Below are positions 18,980 through 28,420 of a DNA stretch of 63,612 bases, piece after piece. Location of the stretch: positions 1-63,612 of the forward strand of contig CALVRX010000022.1 of assembly GCA_944358815.1 (NCBI GenBank), written 5' to 3'. Source of the stretch: an uncultured Bacilli bacterium. Lineage in GTDB: Bacteria; Bacillota_I; Bacilli_A; RF39; UBA660. The notes under the pieces were generated by a model. It worked only from the letters and a program-made list of their open reading frames with translations, did not search any database and was not told the DNA's origin. A program made the translations under genes and the position numbers. The stretch's first letter is position 1; each line of letters starts with the position of its first letter.

Positions 18980-20752
18980 ATGCTTGGAACAATAATCGGA
19001 ATTGAAGAAGATGTAGTTTTATTGAAGCTCGCAATTAATTTGAAGGAGTTTCAAAATTTAATTAATTTGCATGTAGTAATGGAGGATAATAATCAAATAT
19101 TAGTAGGAGAAATTATTGATATTAAGGGTGATATTGCATATATTACATTAGTTGGTCAAATTGTTAATGATCAATTTGTATTTGGCGTGATGCGTAAACC
19201 TTCATTTGGAGCGGTGGTTAAACTTATTTCAAAAGAGAAGATACCAATGATTATTAGTGTGCCGGAGTATAAAGAAAAGGAAGATATTTATATTGGTCAA
19301 AGTCCAATATATCCTGGTGTTAAGGTAGGATTTGAGATTAATCCGTTTTTTTCCAATCATTTTGCTATTTTTGGATCTACTGGTAGTGGAAAATCATGGG
19401 GAATTGCAAAATTGATTCAAGGTATATTTGAAAAAAAATCAACAGTAGCTTATAGAGCTAGTATATTTATTTTTGATGCTTATGGAGAGTATCATAGTGC
19501 ATTTCAAGATATTAGTAAAAAGGTACCAGAAATTAGTTTTAAAGCATATACGACAAATACGCATTCTTTGGATGATTCAGAGATTTTAAAGATTCCTTTA
19601 TGGCTTTTATCTGTAGATGATATTGCTTTGCTTTTGAACGTTGAATCGGCAAATCAATTACCAATTATTGAAAAAGCATTAAAGTTAGTTGGTCTTTTTG
19701 TTAGAGATGAGAAGGAAGTTATTAAACAGAAAAATGATATTATTGCGAGAGCTATTTTAGATATATTAGCTAGTGGTAAGAATTCTTCACAAATTCGTGA
19801 CCAAATATTTTCTGTTTTGACGTCTTATCATACGAAAGATTTGAATTTGGAAACACAAATTTATCAACCGGGATATATTCGTAGTTTAAAACAGTGTTTA
19901 ATTATCGATTCATCTGGTAAGATTAGGGAAATGGAATTACTTACTAATTTTATGCAGTCATTTTTGGATGATAATATTGAATTAACATTACCAGATGGTA
20001 CTTTTAAGTATGGTTTAGAAGATTTAAAGTCAGCTTTTGATTTTGCATTACTTTCAGAGGGAATTTTAAATAGTAATAGGGTTTATGATGAAAATAATGT
20101 ATTAAAAGTACGTTTACATGCTCTTATAAATGGCGATTATGCAAAATATTTTGAGTTTGATAAATATATTAGCAGGGATGAGTATATTAAGGATTTATTA
20201 ATGGCTCCTAATGGAAGAAAAGCTCAAATTATTAATTTTAATATTAATTATGTCGACGATAGATTTGCGAAAGTTATTACGAAGATTTATTCTAAATTGC
20301 TTTTTGATTATGCAAAAAATTTAAAACAAAGAGCATCACTTCCATTTCATATTATTTTGGAAGAGGCACATAGATATGTTCAAAATGATAGTGATGTCGA
20401 TATAATTGGTTATAATATTTTTGATAGAATTACTAAAGAAGGACGTAAATATGGTGTTCTTTTAGGACTTATTTCACAAAGGCCATCAGATTTATCAGAA
20501 ACTTCTATTTCACAGTGTAGTAATTTCTTGATATTTAAGATGTTACATCCAAGGGATATACAGTATATTAGAGATATGGTGCCAAATATTACATCAGAAA
20601 TTGTTAAGCGACTTAGAACTTTACAACCAGGTACTTGTATTGGTTTTGGTAATGCTTTTCATGTACCAATTTTGATACAAATGGATAAGCCAAATCCAAC
20701 ACCTTCTAGTAGTAGTTGTGATATTTCGGCTAATTGGTTTATCGATAGATAG
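18980..20752 (+). CDS. HerA-like (DUF87) FtsK/HerA-superfamily ATPase
   Basis: N-terminal HAS-barrel-like segment, Walker A GSTGSGKS, Walker B-like HIILEEAHRY, and GRKYGVLLGLISQRPSDL. Confidence 0.7.
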   Translation: MLGTIIGIEEDVVLLKLAINLKEFQNLINLHVVMEDNNQILVGEIIDIKGDIAYITLVGQIVNDQFVFGVMRKPSFGAVVKLISKEKIPMIISVPEYKEKEDIYIGQSPIYPGVKVGFEINPFFSNHFAIFGSTGSGKSWGIAKLIQGIFEKKSTVAYRASIFIFDAYGEYHSAFQDISKKVPEISFKAYTTNTHSLDDSEILKIPLWLLSVDDIALLLNVESANQLPIIEKALKLVGLFVRDEKEVIKQKNDIIARAILDILASGKNSSQIRDQIFSVLTSYHTKDLNLETQIYQPGYIRSLKQCLIIDSSGKIREMELLTNFMQSFLDDNIELTLPDGTFKYGLEDLKSAFDFALLSEGILNSNRVYDENNVLKVRLHALINGDYAKYFEFDKYISRDEYIKDLLMAPNGRKAQIINFNINYVDDRFAKVITKIYSKLLFDYAKNLKQRASLPFHIILEEAHRYVQNDSDVDIIGYNIFDRITKEGRKYGVLLGLISQRPSDLSETSISQCSNFLIFKMLHPRDIQYIRDMVPNITSEIVKRLRTLQPGTCIGFGNAFHVPILIQMDKPNPTPSSSSCDISANWFIDR

Positions 20753-20758
20753 GTTATT

Positions 20759-20787
20759 AGGATTAACAAGATTGTTAATCCTTTTTT
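20759..20787 (+). terminator. Intrinsic terminator after the HerA-like gene
   Basis: AGGATTAACA-agat-TGTTAATCCT hairpin followed by TTTTT. Confidence 0.85.
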
Positions 20788-20843
20788 AACGTTTCTTTAA
20801 GTATTTCATATAATAAAATGAAATAATATGGGGGCGTTTATAT

Positions 20844-22871
20844 ATGCGGATAGGGTTGATTGGAAATCCAAATGTTGGAAAAAGTACGATTTTCAATGGT
20901 TTGACTGGAATGCGACAACATACTGGTAATTGGTCTGGAAAAACGGTGGCTAGAGCAACTGGTATTAAAGTGTACAATGGGATAAGGTATCAATTTGAAG
21001 ATTTACCTGGTACATATTCTTTACTGGCTCATTCTAAAGAAGAGGAGGTAACTAGAGATTTTATTTACTTTGAAGAGTATGATGCTTTAATTATCGTCTG
21101 TGATGCAACGGCTTTAGAGAGAAATTTAAATTTGGTATATCAAGTATTAGAGATTACTAATAAAGTGGTTTTATGTGTTAATTTATTGGATGAAGCAGAA
21201 AAGAAAAAAATTAAGATTGATTTGCAAAAGTTGTCTATGTTATTAGAAGTTCCGGTAGTAGGGATGATAGCTAGAGATAAGAAGGGATTTGATGAGTTAT
21301 TTTCTGCTTTAGAAGAGGTACAGTTAAAAAAGAGCGGTTATTTGAAGATTGATTATGAGTTTTTAACAGAAGATATTTATAAATTGAAAAGGTTTATACC
21401 AAATATTTTGGTTAATATGGATAATGTAATTTTAAGATATTTAGCTTCAGATTATAGTTTTATAAGTGGGTTTGATTTTAAATATAAAACTAATTTAATG
21501 CGGGATTTAGAAGCTAAAAAAGTAAGGAATGATGTTTTAAATGATTTAAAAAATAAAGGTATTTATCAAGATGATATTGAAACTTTGATGACTGAGAAGA
21601 TTAATGAGATGAGTTGTAAGGTATGTGAGCAAGTTATTGGCTACGAAAGGGCAGATTGTAATAAAAGAGATAGGTTTTTAGATAAGATTTTAACGAATAA
21701 ATTTACGGGCATTCCAATTATGATATTGCTTTTGTTTTTAGTGTTATGGATTACTATTACTTTAGCTAATATTCCTTCGGATTTTTTATATGAGAAGTTT
21801 TTTGATTTTGAAGATTTTTTTTATAATTTTTTATTAGATGTTCATTTGCCATTATGGTTATGCGATATGTTAGTACATGGAATTTACCGAGTAATGGCAT
21901 GGGTTGTGGCGGTTATGTTACCACCGATGTTGATTTTTTTTCCACTTTTTACTTTACTTGAAGATTTTGGATTATTACCACGAATTGCTTTTAATTTAGA
22001 TAAAGCGTTTGAAAAGTGTTCGTCTTGTGGTAAACAGTCTCTTACGATGCTTATGGGTTTTGGCTGCAATGCAGTTGGTGTAAGTGGAGCTAGAGTGATA
22101 GATTCTCCAAGGGAGCGTTTGATTGCTATTTTAACTAATAGTTTTATGCCATGTAATGGGAGATTTCCACTTTTGATTTCTTTAATTACGATGTTTTTAG
22201 TAACTAGTAATAGTTCAGGAGGAATGCGGGCTTTTATTTTACTTTTGTTTATTTTAATTGCTGTATTTATGACTTTTTTAGTTTCAAAAATTCTTTCATT
22301 AACTATTTTAAAAGGTATTCCATCTTCATTTACTTTGGAATTACCGCCATATAGAAGACCACAAATTGGTAAAGTGTTATTGCGTTCTTTAGTTGATAGG
22401 ACATGGTTTGTATTAAAACGAGCAATTATGGTTTCAGCTCCGGCAGGTCTTTTGATTTGGATTCTTTCGAATGTCAGTATAATTGGTGATACTTTACTAC
22501 ATTTATTTTCGAATTTTTTAGATCCTTTTGGAAGATTTATTGGTTTAGATGGAGTAATTTTAATGGCTTTTATTTTAGGTTTTCCGGCAAATGAAATTGT
22601 TATTCCAATTATGATTATGGGTTATATGTCTTTATCGATGATTACGGATATGAGTGATTTATCTTTACTTAAAGAATTATTTATAGATAATGGATGGACT
22701 GTAGCGACGGCAATTTGTGTGATGATTTTTTCAATTTTTCATTTTCCTTGTTTAACAACAGTTTTGACAATAAAAAAAGAAACTGGTAAATGGAAATGGA
22801 GTTTGTTTTCTGTTTTAATACCTTTAATCATTGGAATTTTGCTTTGTTTATTAGTAAGAATAGTGTTTTAA
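20844..22871 (+). CDS. feoB: Ferrous iron transporter FeoB
   Basis: G-domain GNPNVGKST and DLPG, followed by the polytopic gate domain. Confidence 0.9.
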   Translation: MRIGLIGNPNVGKSTIFNGLTGMRQHTGNWSGKTVARATGIKVYNGIRYQFEDLPGTYSLLAHSKEEEVTRDFIYFEEYDALIIVCDATALERNLNLVYQVLEITNKVVLCVNLLDEAEKKKIKIDLQKLSMLLEVPVVGMIARDKKGFDELFSALEEVQLKKSGYLKIDYEFLTEDIYKLKRFIPNILVNMDNVILRYLASDYSFISGFDFKYKTNLMRDLEAKKVRNDVLNDLKNKGIYQDDIETLMTEKINEMSCKVCEQVIGYERADCNKRDRFLDKILTNKFTGIPIMILLLFLVLWITITLANIPSDFLYEKFFDFEDFFYNFLLDVHLPLWLCDMLVHGIYRVMAWVVAVMLPPMLIFFPLFTLLEDFGLLPRIAFNLDKAFEKCSSCGKQSLTMLMGFGCNAVGVSGARVIDSPRERLIAILTNSFMPCNGRFPLLISLITMFLVTSNSSGGMRAFILLLFILIAVFMTFLVSKILSLTILKGIPSSFTLELPPYRRPQIGKVLLRSLVDRTWFVLKRAIMVSAPAGLLIWILSNVSIIGDTLLHLFSNFLDPFGRFIGLDGVILMAFILGFPANEIVIPIMIMGYMSLSMITDMSDLSLLKELFIDNGWTVATAICVMIFSIFHFPCLTTVLTIKKETGKWKWSLFSVLIPLIIGILLCLLVRIVF

Positions 22872-22920
22872 AATTGATTAGTTTTTAAGTTTATGATATT
22901 ATTTGTGTGAGGTGGATATA

Positions 22921-23295
22921 ATGAATAAAGGACAGATGAAGATTGCTTATTATAATATTGGCGATAGTTTAATTACTTTTTTTGAAAATGTAGTTAGTTT
23001 AAATGATGGTTTATTTAAAATTAATATAGATAGTAAGACTAATGGTTCTATTTCAAACGGTGATATATGTCTTAGTTATGTTGTGATAAATGATAATGAA
23101 ATGATATATGTTTATCATGATTTAGAGGGAATGATATGTTTAAATACTAGTAGTTTGGATAAATCTTTTACTAATGTGAATGGTCAAAGTTATTTTGGAT
23201 ATGATCAATTTGAAAAAGAGTCTTTTGATTATATTCAAAAGACTTTAGAGAAACTTCGTTTTACTTTAAATCATTCTAAACAGTATCACATTTAG
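22921..23295 (+). CDS. Hypothetical protein (124 aa)
   Basis: GAGGTGGA SD. No motif recognised. Its 3' end overlaps the convergent radical SAM gene by 20 nt. Confidence 0.5.
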   Translation: MNKGQMKIAYYNIGDSLITFFENVVSLNDGLFKINIDSKTNGSISNGDICLSYVVINDNEMIYVYHDLEGMICLNTSSLDKSFTNVNGQSYFGYDQFEKESFDYIQKTLEKLRFTLNHSKQYHI

Positions 23296-24217
23296 CGCCT
23301 TGATAGGTGTTTCTTTTAACCATTTCTTTATCGATGCCATTTAGGACATTGATTTTTTTCGTTGTCCAAAGAGGGGTGATGAGCTGGTTTTTCATAGGAT
23401 CACCAGTTAATCTTTGAATAACAATTTTGGGATTTAAGTATTCTAATTGGTTTATGACAATATCAATGTATTCATCTTTAGTTAGTATATGGAATGGTTT
23501 GATTTGATAGTATTTTTCTAATGGTGTATCTTTTAATACTGACAGCATATGAATTTTAATACCATCAATATTTAATTTATTTAAGTATTTGACAGTGTCA
23601 ATCATCATGTCTTTGGTTTCTCCGGGAAGACCATTTATGATATGAACGACTGTAAATATGTGTTTATCTTGTAGTTTTTTTAAAGTTTTTTCAAAGCATT
23701 GTAAATCGTGACAACGATTGATTAATTTTGAAGTTTTATCATGAATGGTTTGTAGTCCTAGTTCAACTGTTATGAAAGTTTTTTTGTTTAAATCGGCTAG
23801 GTAGTTTAGACATTCATCAGTTATTGAATCAGGTCTGGTAGCAATGGATAAGCCAACGACGTTTTTTTGATTTAAAATAGTTTCGTATTTTTCTTTTAAA
23901 ATGTTTAATGGTGCATAGGTATTAGTTCTAGCTTGAAAGTAACCAATATATTTGGCATGTGGCCATTTTTTATTCATTATTTGTTTAATACTATTGAATT
24001 GTTCAATTAAGTTTTCTTTAGGGTTACCACCGTATTCGCCACTACCGGATTTGGAACAATAGATGCAGCCGTTTTTAGATAAAGTACCATCAATATTTGG
24101 ACAAGTAAAGCCGGCGTTAAGGCTTATTTTACATACTTTACAGCCAAATTTTTGCTTGTAGAAATAGTCTAGAGTATGATACCTTTTATTAGTGTTTGAG
24201 TATTTAAATTTTTGCAT
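23276..24217 (-). CDS. TIGR01212-family radical SAM protein (YtqA-like)
   Basis: CPNIDGTLSKNGCIYC cluster motif. Length and layout are typical of the family. Confidence 0.8.
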   Translation of the reverse strand: MQKFKYSNTNKRYHTLDYFYKQKFGCKVCKISLNAGFTCPNIDGTLSKNGCIYCSKSGSGEYGGNPKENLIEQFNSIKQIMNKKWPHAKYIGYFQARTNTYAPLNILKEKYETILNQKNVVGLSIATRPDSITDECLNYLADLNKKTFITVELGLQTIHDKTSKLINRCHDLQCFEKTLKKLQDKHIFTVVHIINGLPGETKDMMIDTVKYLNKLNIDGIKIHMLSVLKDTPLEKYYQIKPFHILTKDEYIDIVINQLEYLNPKIVIQRLTGDPMKNQLITPLWTTKKINVLNGIDKEMVKRNTYQGAKCDTV

Positions 24218-24338
24218 AAAATCACCTTTTTTATTATAGCATAAGTTTTAATATGTGAAAAACTAATGAAAAATGTCGGTTTTTCTGGAAAAATGCTTTA
24301 TATTACAAGGTATTTTTGATATAATGCTACTGGGAGGT

Positions 24339-25931
24339 ATGAGAAAGGTGAAAAAGAAATTGCTTAAGGTAATAGGAATATCTTTCTTAATTTTCGTAGT
24401 ATTAAGTTGGATTATTCCTGTAGGTACATATTCAAGCGGTGAACTTTCAACAAACGGGATTGATCCAGTTGGTTTAATTGATTTATTCAATGCACCTATT
24501 CAATCATTTACAACGTTTGTATTATATGGAATTGTGTTTGCTGTTATCGGTGGACTTTATGGTGTTATGGAGAAGACTGGTGCTTTAGAAAAAGTTACAG
24601 AAAAAATGACAAAGGCTTTTACTGGTAAAGAAAAAGGTTTTATCATTTTAACTATTATTTTCTTCTTATTACTTTCTTCAGTAACAGGTTTAATTATTCC
24701 ATTATTTGCACTTGTGCCATTATTTGCAGCTGTACTTTTTGCAATGAATTATGATAAAGTGACAGTTTTAGCTTCAACAGTTGGAGCGATGCTTACTGGT
24801 TCAATTGCATCTACATATGGTTTCAATATTACTGGATATACTAAAAACATTTTAATGCTTGATATGAACAACCAAATTATTGCTAAAGTTATTTTACTAG
24901 TTATTTTAGCTATTGCACTTATTTTTGTAATACTTACTTCTAGTAAAAGAACGGCAAATAAAGAAATAAAAGAGGCTAAAATAAGTGAAGATAAAAAAGA
25001 GTCTAAAAAAGAAGTTAAAGAAGTAAAGAAATCTGAGACTAAAGGTGCTAAAGCAGTTAAGAGTACTGCTAAGAGTAGTAAAAAAACAACAACTAAGAAG
25101 ACTAGTAGCAAGAAAAAAACTACGGCTAAAGGTAATACTAAAGCGCTTGCTGTTTCTAAGGCAGTTAAGAAAGTATCTGAGAAAGCTAAGATTAGTGCAG
25201 TACCAATGATGATTATCTTTATTTTGGTATTAATCATTTGTTTTATCGGAATGTATAATTGGTATTATTCATTTGGTATTACAGTGTTTAATGATTTACA
25301 TGAAGCAATCATGGGTGTTGAAATTAAAGATTTCCCAATTTTTGAACATTTATTAAGTGGTATTTCAGAGTTAGGATATTGGAGCAATGTCGAGTTTGCG
25401 GGAGCATTGATTATTGCATCAGCTATTATTGCATGGCTTTATAAGTTTAGTATGAATGAATTTATTGAAAGTTTTGCAGAAGGTGTTAAAAAATGGCTTC
25501 CAACAGCTTGTTTAGCAGCTTTAGCTAGTGTGATTTTATCTATTTTATATCAGGCATCATATGCAGGTACCGGTACATTAGTAGATACAGTAAATGCTAA
25601 AATCTTTGAACTTACTGATGGATTTAATGTATTAACAACTGGATTTGCATCATTATTTGGTAGTTTCTTCTTTAATGATTTATATTATTTATTAGCAAAC
25701 ATTTCTGTTTATGTATCTGGATTTGATGCAGCAGCATTATCAAATGCAGGTTTACTTATTCAATCAGTATATGGAATTGCAATGCTTATTTTCCCAACAA
25801 GTGTATTTTTGATTGCTGGATTAAGTTTATTTAATGTTTCTTATAAACAATGGATGAAATACATTTGGAAGTTTGCTTTAATTGCATTATTATTAGTACT
25901 TTTGACTTCTGGAATTATTACACTTTTATAA
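24339..25931 (+). CDS. YfcC/DcuC-family membrane transporter with a Lys/Ser/Thr-rich loop insertion
   Basis: N-terminus ..VIGISFLIFVVLSWIIPVGTY.. is typical of YfcC. It is polytopic, with a ~80-aa K-rich insert. An alternative GTG start at 24348 has better SD spacing. Confidence 0.65.
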   Translation: MRKVKKKLLKVIGISFLIFVVLSWIIPVGTYSSGELSTNGIDPVGLIDLFNAPIQSFTTFVLYGIVFAVIGGLYGVMEKTGALEKVTEKMTKAFTGKEKGFIILTIIFFLLLSSVTGLIIPLFALVPLFAAVLFAMNYDKVTVLASTVGAMLTGSIASTYGFNITGYTKNILMLDMNNQIIAKVILLVILAIALIFVILTSSKRTANKEIKEAKISEDKKESKKEVKEVKKSETKGAKAVKSTAKSSKKTTTKKTSSKKKTTAKGNTKALAVSKAVKKVSEKAKISAVPMMIIFILVLIICFIGMYNWYYSFGITVFNDLHEAIMGVEIKDFPIFEHLLSGISELGYWSNVEFAGALIIASAIIAWLYKFSMNEFIESFAEGVKKWLPTACLAALASVILSILYQASYAGTGTLVDTVNAKIFELTDGFNVLTTGFASLFGSFFFNDLYYLLANISVYVSGFDAAALSNAGLLIQSVYGIAMLIFPTSVFLIAGLSLFNVSYKQWMKYIWKFALIALLLVLLTSGIITLL

Positions 25932-25958
25932 AAACTACTTTTTAGTAGTTTTTATTTT
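25931..25958 (+). terminator. Intrinsic terminator after the yfcC-like gene
   Basis: AAAACTACT-tttt-AGTAGTTTT hairpin followed by a T-rich run. Confidence 0.8.
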
Positions 25959-26036
25959 ATTAGAAATTTGCTTTGTAAAAAAATTTTTGTTAATATATGA
26001 TTAATATACTAATTAAAAAAGAAGGAAGATTTATTT

Positions 26037-26447
26037 ATGAAGAAGTTTATTGAAGAATTTAAGACATTTGCATTAAAAGGGAATATGGTTGATATGGCAG
26101 TTGGTGTTGTCATTGGTACATCGTTTTCTGGTATTGTAACATCATTAACGGATAATTTTATTAATCCTATTTTGAATGTAGTTACTGGTGGGGCTCGTTA
26201 TAATTGGCACGATATTGCAGGGTTTATTTCAAATTTTTTAACAACACTTATTAATTTCTTTATTATGGCATTTGTACTTTTTTGTATTGTTAAGGCTATA
26301 AATAAATTGAAGAGGCTTGGTAATAAAAAAGAGGAAAAACCGAAGGTAAAGATTTGTCCATATTGTTTTAGTGAAATTAATATTAAAGCTATTAGGTGTC
26401 CTCATTGTACATCTAAATTAGATGATGATATTTCGAAGACTGCTTGA
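26037..26447 (+). CDS. mscL: Large-conductance mechanosensitive channel MscL with C-terminal zinc-ribbon tail
   Basis: FKTFALKGNMVDMAVGVVIG signature and two TMs. C-terminal CPYC..x13..CPHC. Confidence 0.9.
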   Translation: MKKFIEEFKTFALKGNMVDMAVGVVIGTSFSGIVTSLTDNFINPILNVVTGGARYNWHDIAGFISNFLTTLINFFIMAFVLFCIVKAINKLKRLGNKKEEKPKVKICPYCFSEINIKAIRCPHCTSKLDDDISKTA

Positions 26448-26457
26448 GCAGTTTTTG
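26439..26457 (+). terminator. Intrinsic terminator after mscL
   Basis: ACTGC-ttga-GCAGT hairpin followed by TTTTT. It overlaps the stop codon. Confidence 0.6.
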
Positions 26458-26502
26458 TTTAGAGTTTTGCTTTTTTGTGGTAAAATTAATTAGGTGATTT
26501 AA

Positions 26503-27147
26503 ATGGAAGTGACGTTTGATTATAAATTAGATGGGGCTACTTATAAAGTTTTAGTGGTTAAAAAAAATAATAAGAATACTTATATTAAAATTAAAGAAGA
26601 TTTGACTATTTATGTAACTACTAATTATTTGACAACAAAAAGAGATGTGAAAATAATATTAGATAATGAGAAAGATTTTTTAAGAAAGGCATTGTCAAGA
26701 GCTAGGAAAAAGATGGAAAAAGAAGAGCTTTTTTATTATCTTGGTAAAAAATATGATATAATATTAGTACCATTTAATAATATAGAGATAGATAATGATA
26801 AGATATATGTTCAGAATGAAAAAACTTTGGAAAAATGGTTGAAAAAAGAAATTAAAAGGATTTTTTCTGAAAGATTAGAATACAATTATAATTTATTTGA
26901 TGAAGATATTCCATTTCCTAAACTTAAAATTCGAAGTATGAAGACAAGATGGGGAGTATGTAATAAAAGGGATAATTCAGTGACTTTAAATTCAAAGTTG
27001 ATTCAATATTCTTTGCATGAAATTGATTATGTAATTATTCACGAACTTTCTCATTTTGTACATTTTGATCATTCTAGAGAGTTTTGGGATACAGTAAGAT
27101 TGCATATGCCTGATTATAAGAAGGCAGTAGCTATTTTAAAAGAATGA
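26503..27147 (+). CDS. YgjP-like M48-family metallopeptidase (DUF45)
   Basis: WGVC..., then a HELSH zinc motif (IIHELSHFVHFDHS). Confidence 0.75.
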   Translation: MEVTFDYKLDGATYKVLVVKKNNKNTYIKIKEDLTIYVTTNYLTTKRDVKIILDNEKDFLRKALSRARKKMEKEELFYYLGKKYDIILVPFNNIEIDNDKIYVQNEKTLEKWLKKEIKRIFSERLEYNYNLFDEDIPFPKLKIRSMKTRWGVCNKRDNSVTLNSKLIQYSLHEIDYVIIHELSHFVHFDHSREFWDTVRLHMPDYKKAVAILKE

Positions 27148-27160
27148 GGTGGTTTGTTAG

Positions 27161-28354
27161 ATGAAAATAAAAATAATGAGTTTATTTATGGTAGCTTTGG
27201 TTGTTTTTAGTATGGCGCTTCCAACTAGTTATGCGGCTAAGGAAAAGACTTTAGGACAGTTACGTGCCGAGGCAGAGGCTAATAGAAAGGCTTATAACGA
27301 GGCTAAAAAAGAGAAAGAGTTAACAGAAGCTGAACGTAATGAGGCGACTGCCCAAAAGAAACAGGTTGAAAGTGATATTGCAAATATTGAAAGACAAATT
27401 TCAGATGTTGAGAGTCAAATAGAAGATATTCAAAAGGATATTAAGAAGAAAGATGAACAAATGAAAGATATTATGGGTTTTGTTCAAGTGACTAATGGTG
27501 ATTCGAATTATTTAGAGTATATTTTTGGGGCTACAGATTTTACAGATTTTATATATAGAATTTCTGTAGCAGAGCAATTAGGCGATTATAATGAACAATT
27601 AATTGAAGAATATAATGCGGATGTTAAAAAGCTCGATAGTAAAAAAAGCGAACTTAATAATAAACAAAGTGAACTGACTAATAAACAGCAACAATTAGCA
27701 GTTTTAGAGGCAAAATTAAATGAAGAAATTGAAAATATTACCGAAGGTATGATGAGTAAAGATGATGAGTATAAAACATTAATTAGTACGATAAATACTC
27801 TAGTATCTAAAGGATGCGATGTGAATGATACTCTTACAGAATGTCAAAATAAGAAAGATAAAGAAAGACCTAATGGTATTATAGTTACTGGAAAAACTTA
27901 TATGCCACTAGCGACTGGTAGAGTTTCTAGCGATTATGGAAATCGTAGTGGCGGTTTTCATACTGGAATTGATTTTTCTGATAGGACAAATAACGATTCT
28001 GTTTATCCAGTAGCAGCTGGTGAGGTTGTCAATATTACTTATCCAAAGTATGATGGTGCTTGTGGAAACCATATTGTTTATGTTTATCATACTGGACTTG
28101 GATTTACGACTTCTTATTGGCATTTAACAAGTGTTAGTGTTAGAGTTGGACAAGGTGTTAATCCTGATACAAAACTGGGTACGATTGGAGGACCTAGTTA
28201 TACCGATGAGTGTGCTAGTGGTGGACATATTCATTTGAATGTATTTAGAGGGCTTCATACGACTAATAGTGGAAGACAAAATCCAAGAAATTATATAACT
28301 AATATTCCTGGTAAGAATGTTTATTTTACTTCTTATTATGGAAGCCGAAGATAG
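27161..28354 (+). CDS. Secreted coiled-coil M23 peptidoglycan endopeptidase
   Basis: Signal peptide and a long coiled coil. M23 motifs HTGIDF (HxxxD) and GGHIHLNV (HxH). Confidence 0.85.
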   Translation: MKIKIMSLFMVALVVFSMALPTSYAAKEKTLGQLRAEAEANRKAYNEAKKEKELTEAERNEATAQKKQVESDIANIERQISDVESQIEDIQKDIKKKDEQMKDIMGFVQVTNGDSNYLEYIFGATDFTDFIYRISVAEQLGDYNEQLIEEYNADVKKLDSKKSELNNKQSELTNKQQQLAVLEAKLNEEIENITEGMMSKDDEYKTLISTINTLVSKGCDVNDTLTECQNKKDKERPNGIIVTGKTYMPLATGRVSSDYGNRSGGFHTGIDFSDRTNNDSVYPVAAGEVVNITYPKYDGACGNHIVYVYHTGLGFTTSYWHLTSVSVRVGQGVNPDTKLGTIGGPSYTDECASGGHIHLNVFRGLHTTNSGRQNPRNYITNIPGKNVYFTSYYGSRR

Positions 28355-28420
28355 GGGATTTTCCTCTTTTTTTGACATTTTAGGGTCTAGTCTTTTGTTA
28401 TATTGTTAATTGGTGATATA

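Noticed and set aside
18980-20752. HerA-like ATPase considered as the core of an anti-phage defence system (Sir2-HerA or DUF4297-HerA type).
   Set aside because: No effector or partner gene lies on either side. The flanks are yqeH and feoB, so the context is housekeeping rather than a defence island. It is kept only as an orphan-ATPase observation.
24749-25237. 162-aa ORF antisense to the yfcC-like gene.
   Set aside because: It is an artefact of the Lys-rich (AAR-rich) insertion, which lacks stop codons on the opposite strand. Its translation is a leucine/phenylalanine repeat with no start context.
27908-28378. Two antisense ORFs (27908-28123 and 28124-28378) opposite the M23 peptidase gene.
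   Set aside because: They overlap the well-supported M23 catalytic domain (HxxxD and HxH motifs on the + strand). They have no SD and no recognisable motifs.
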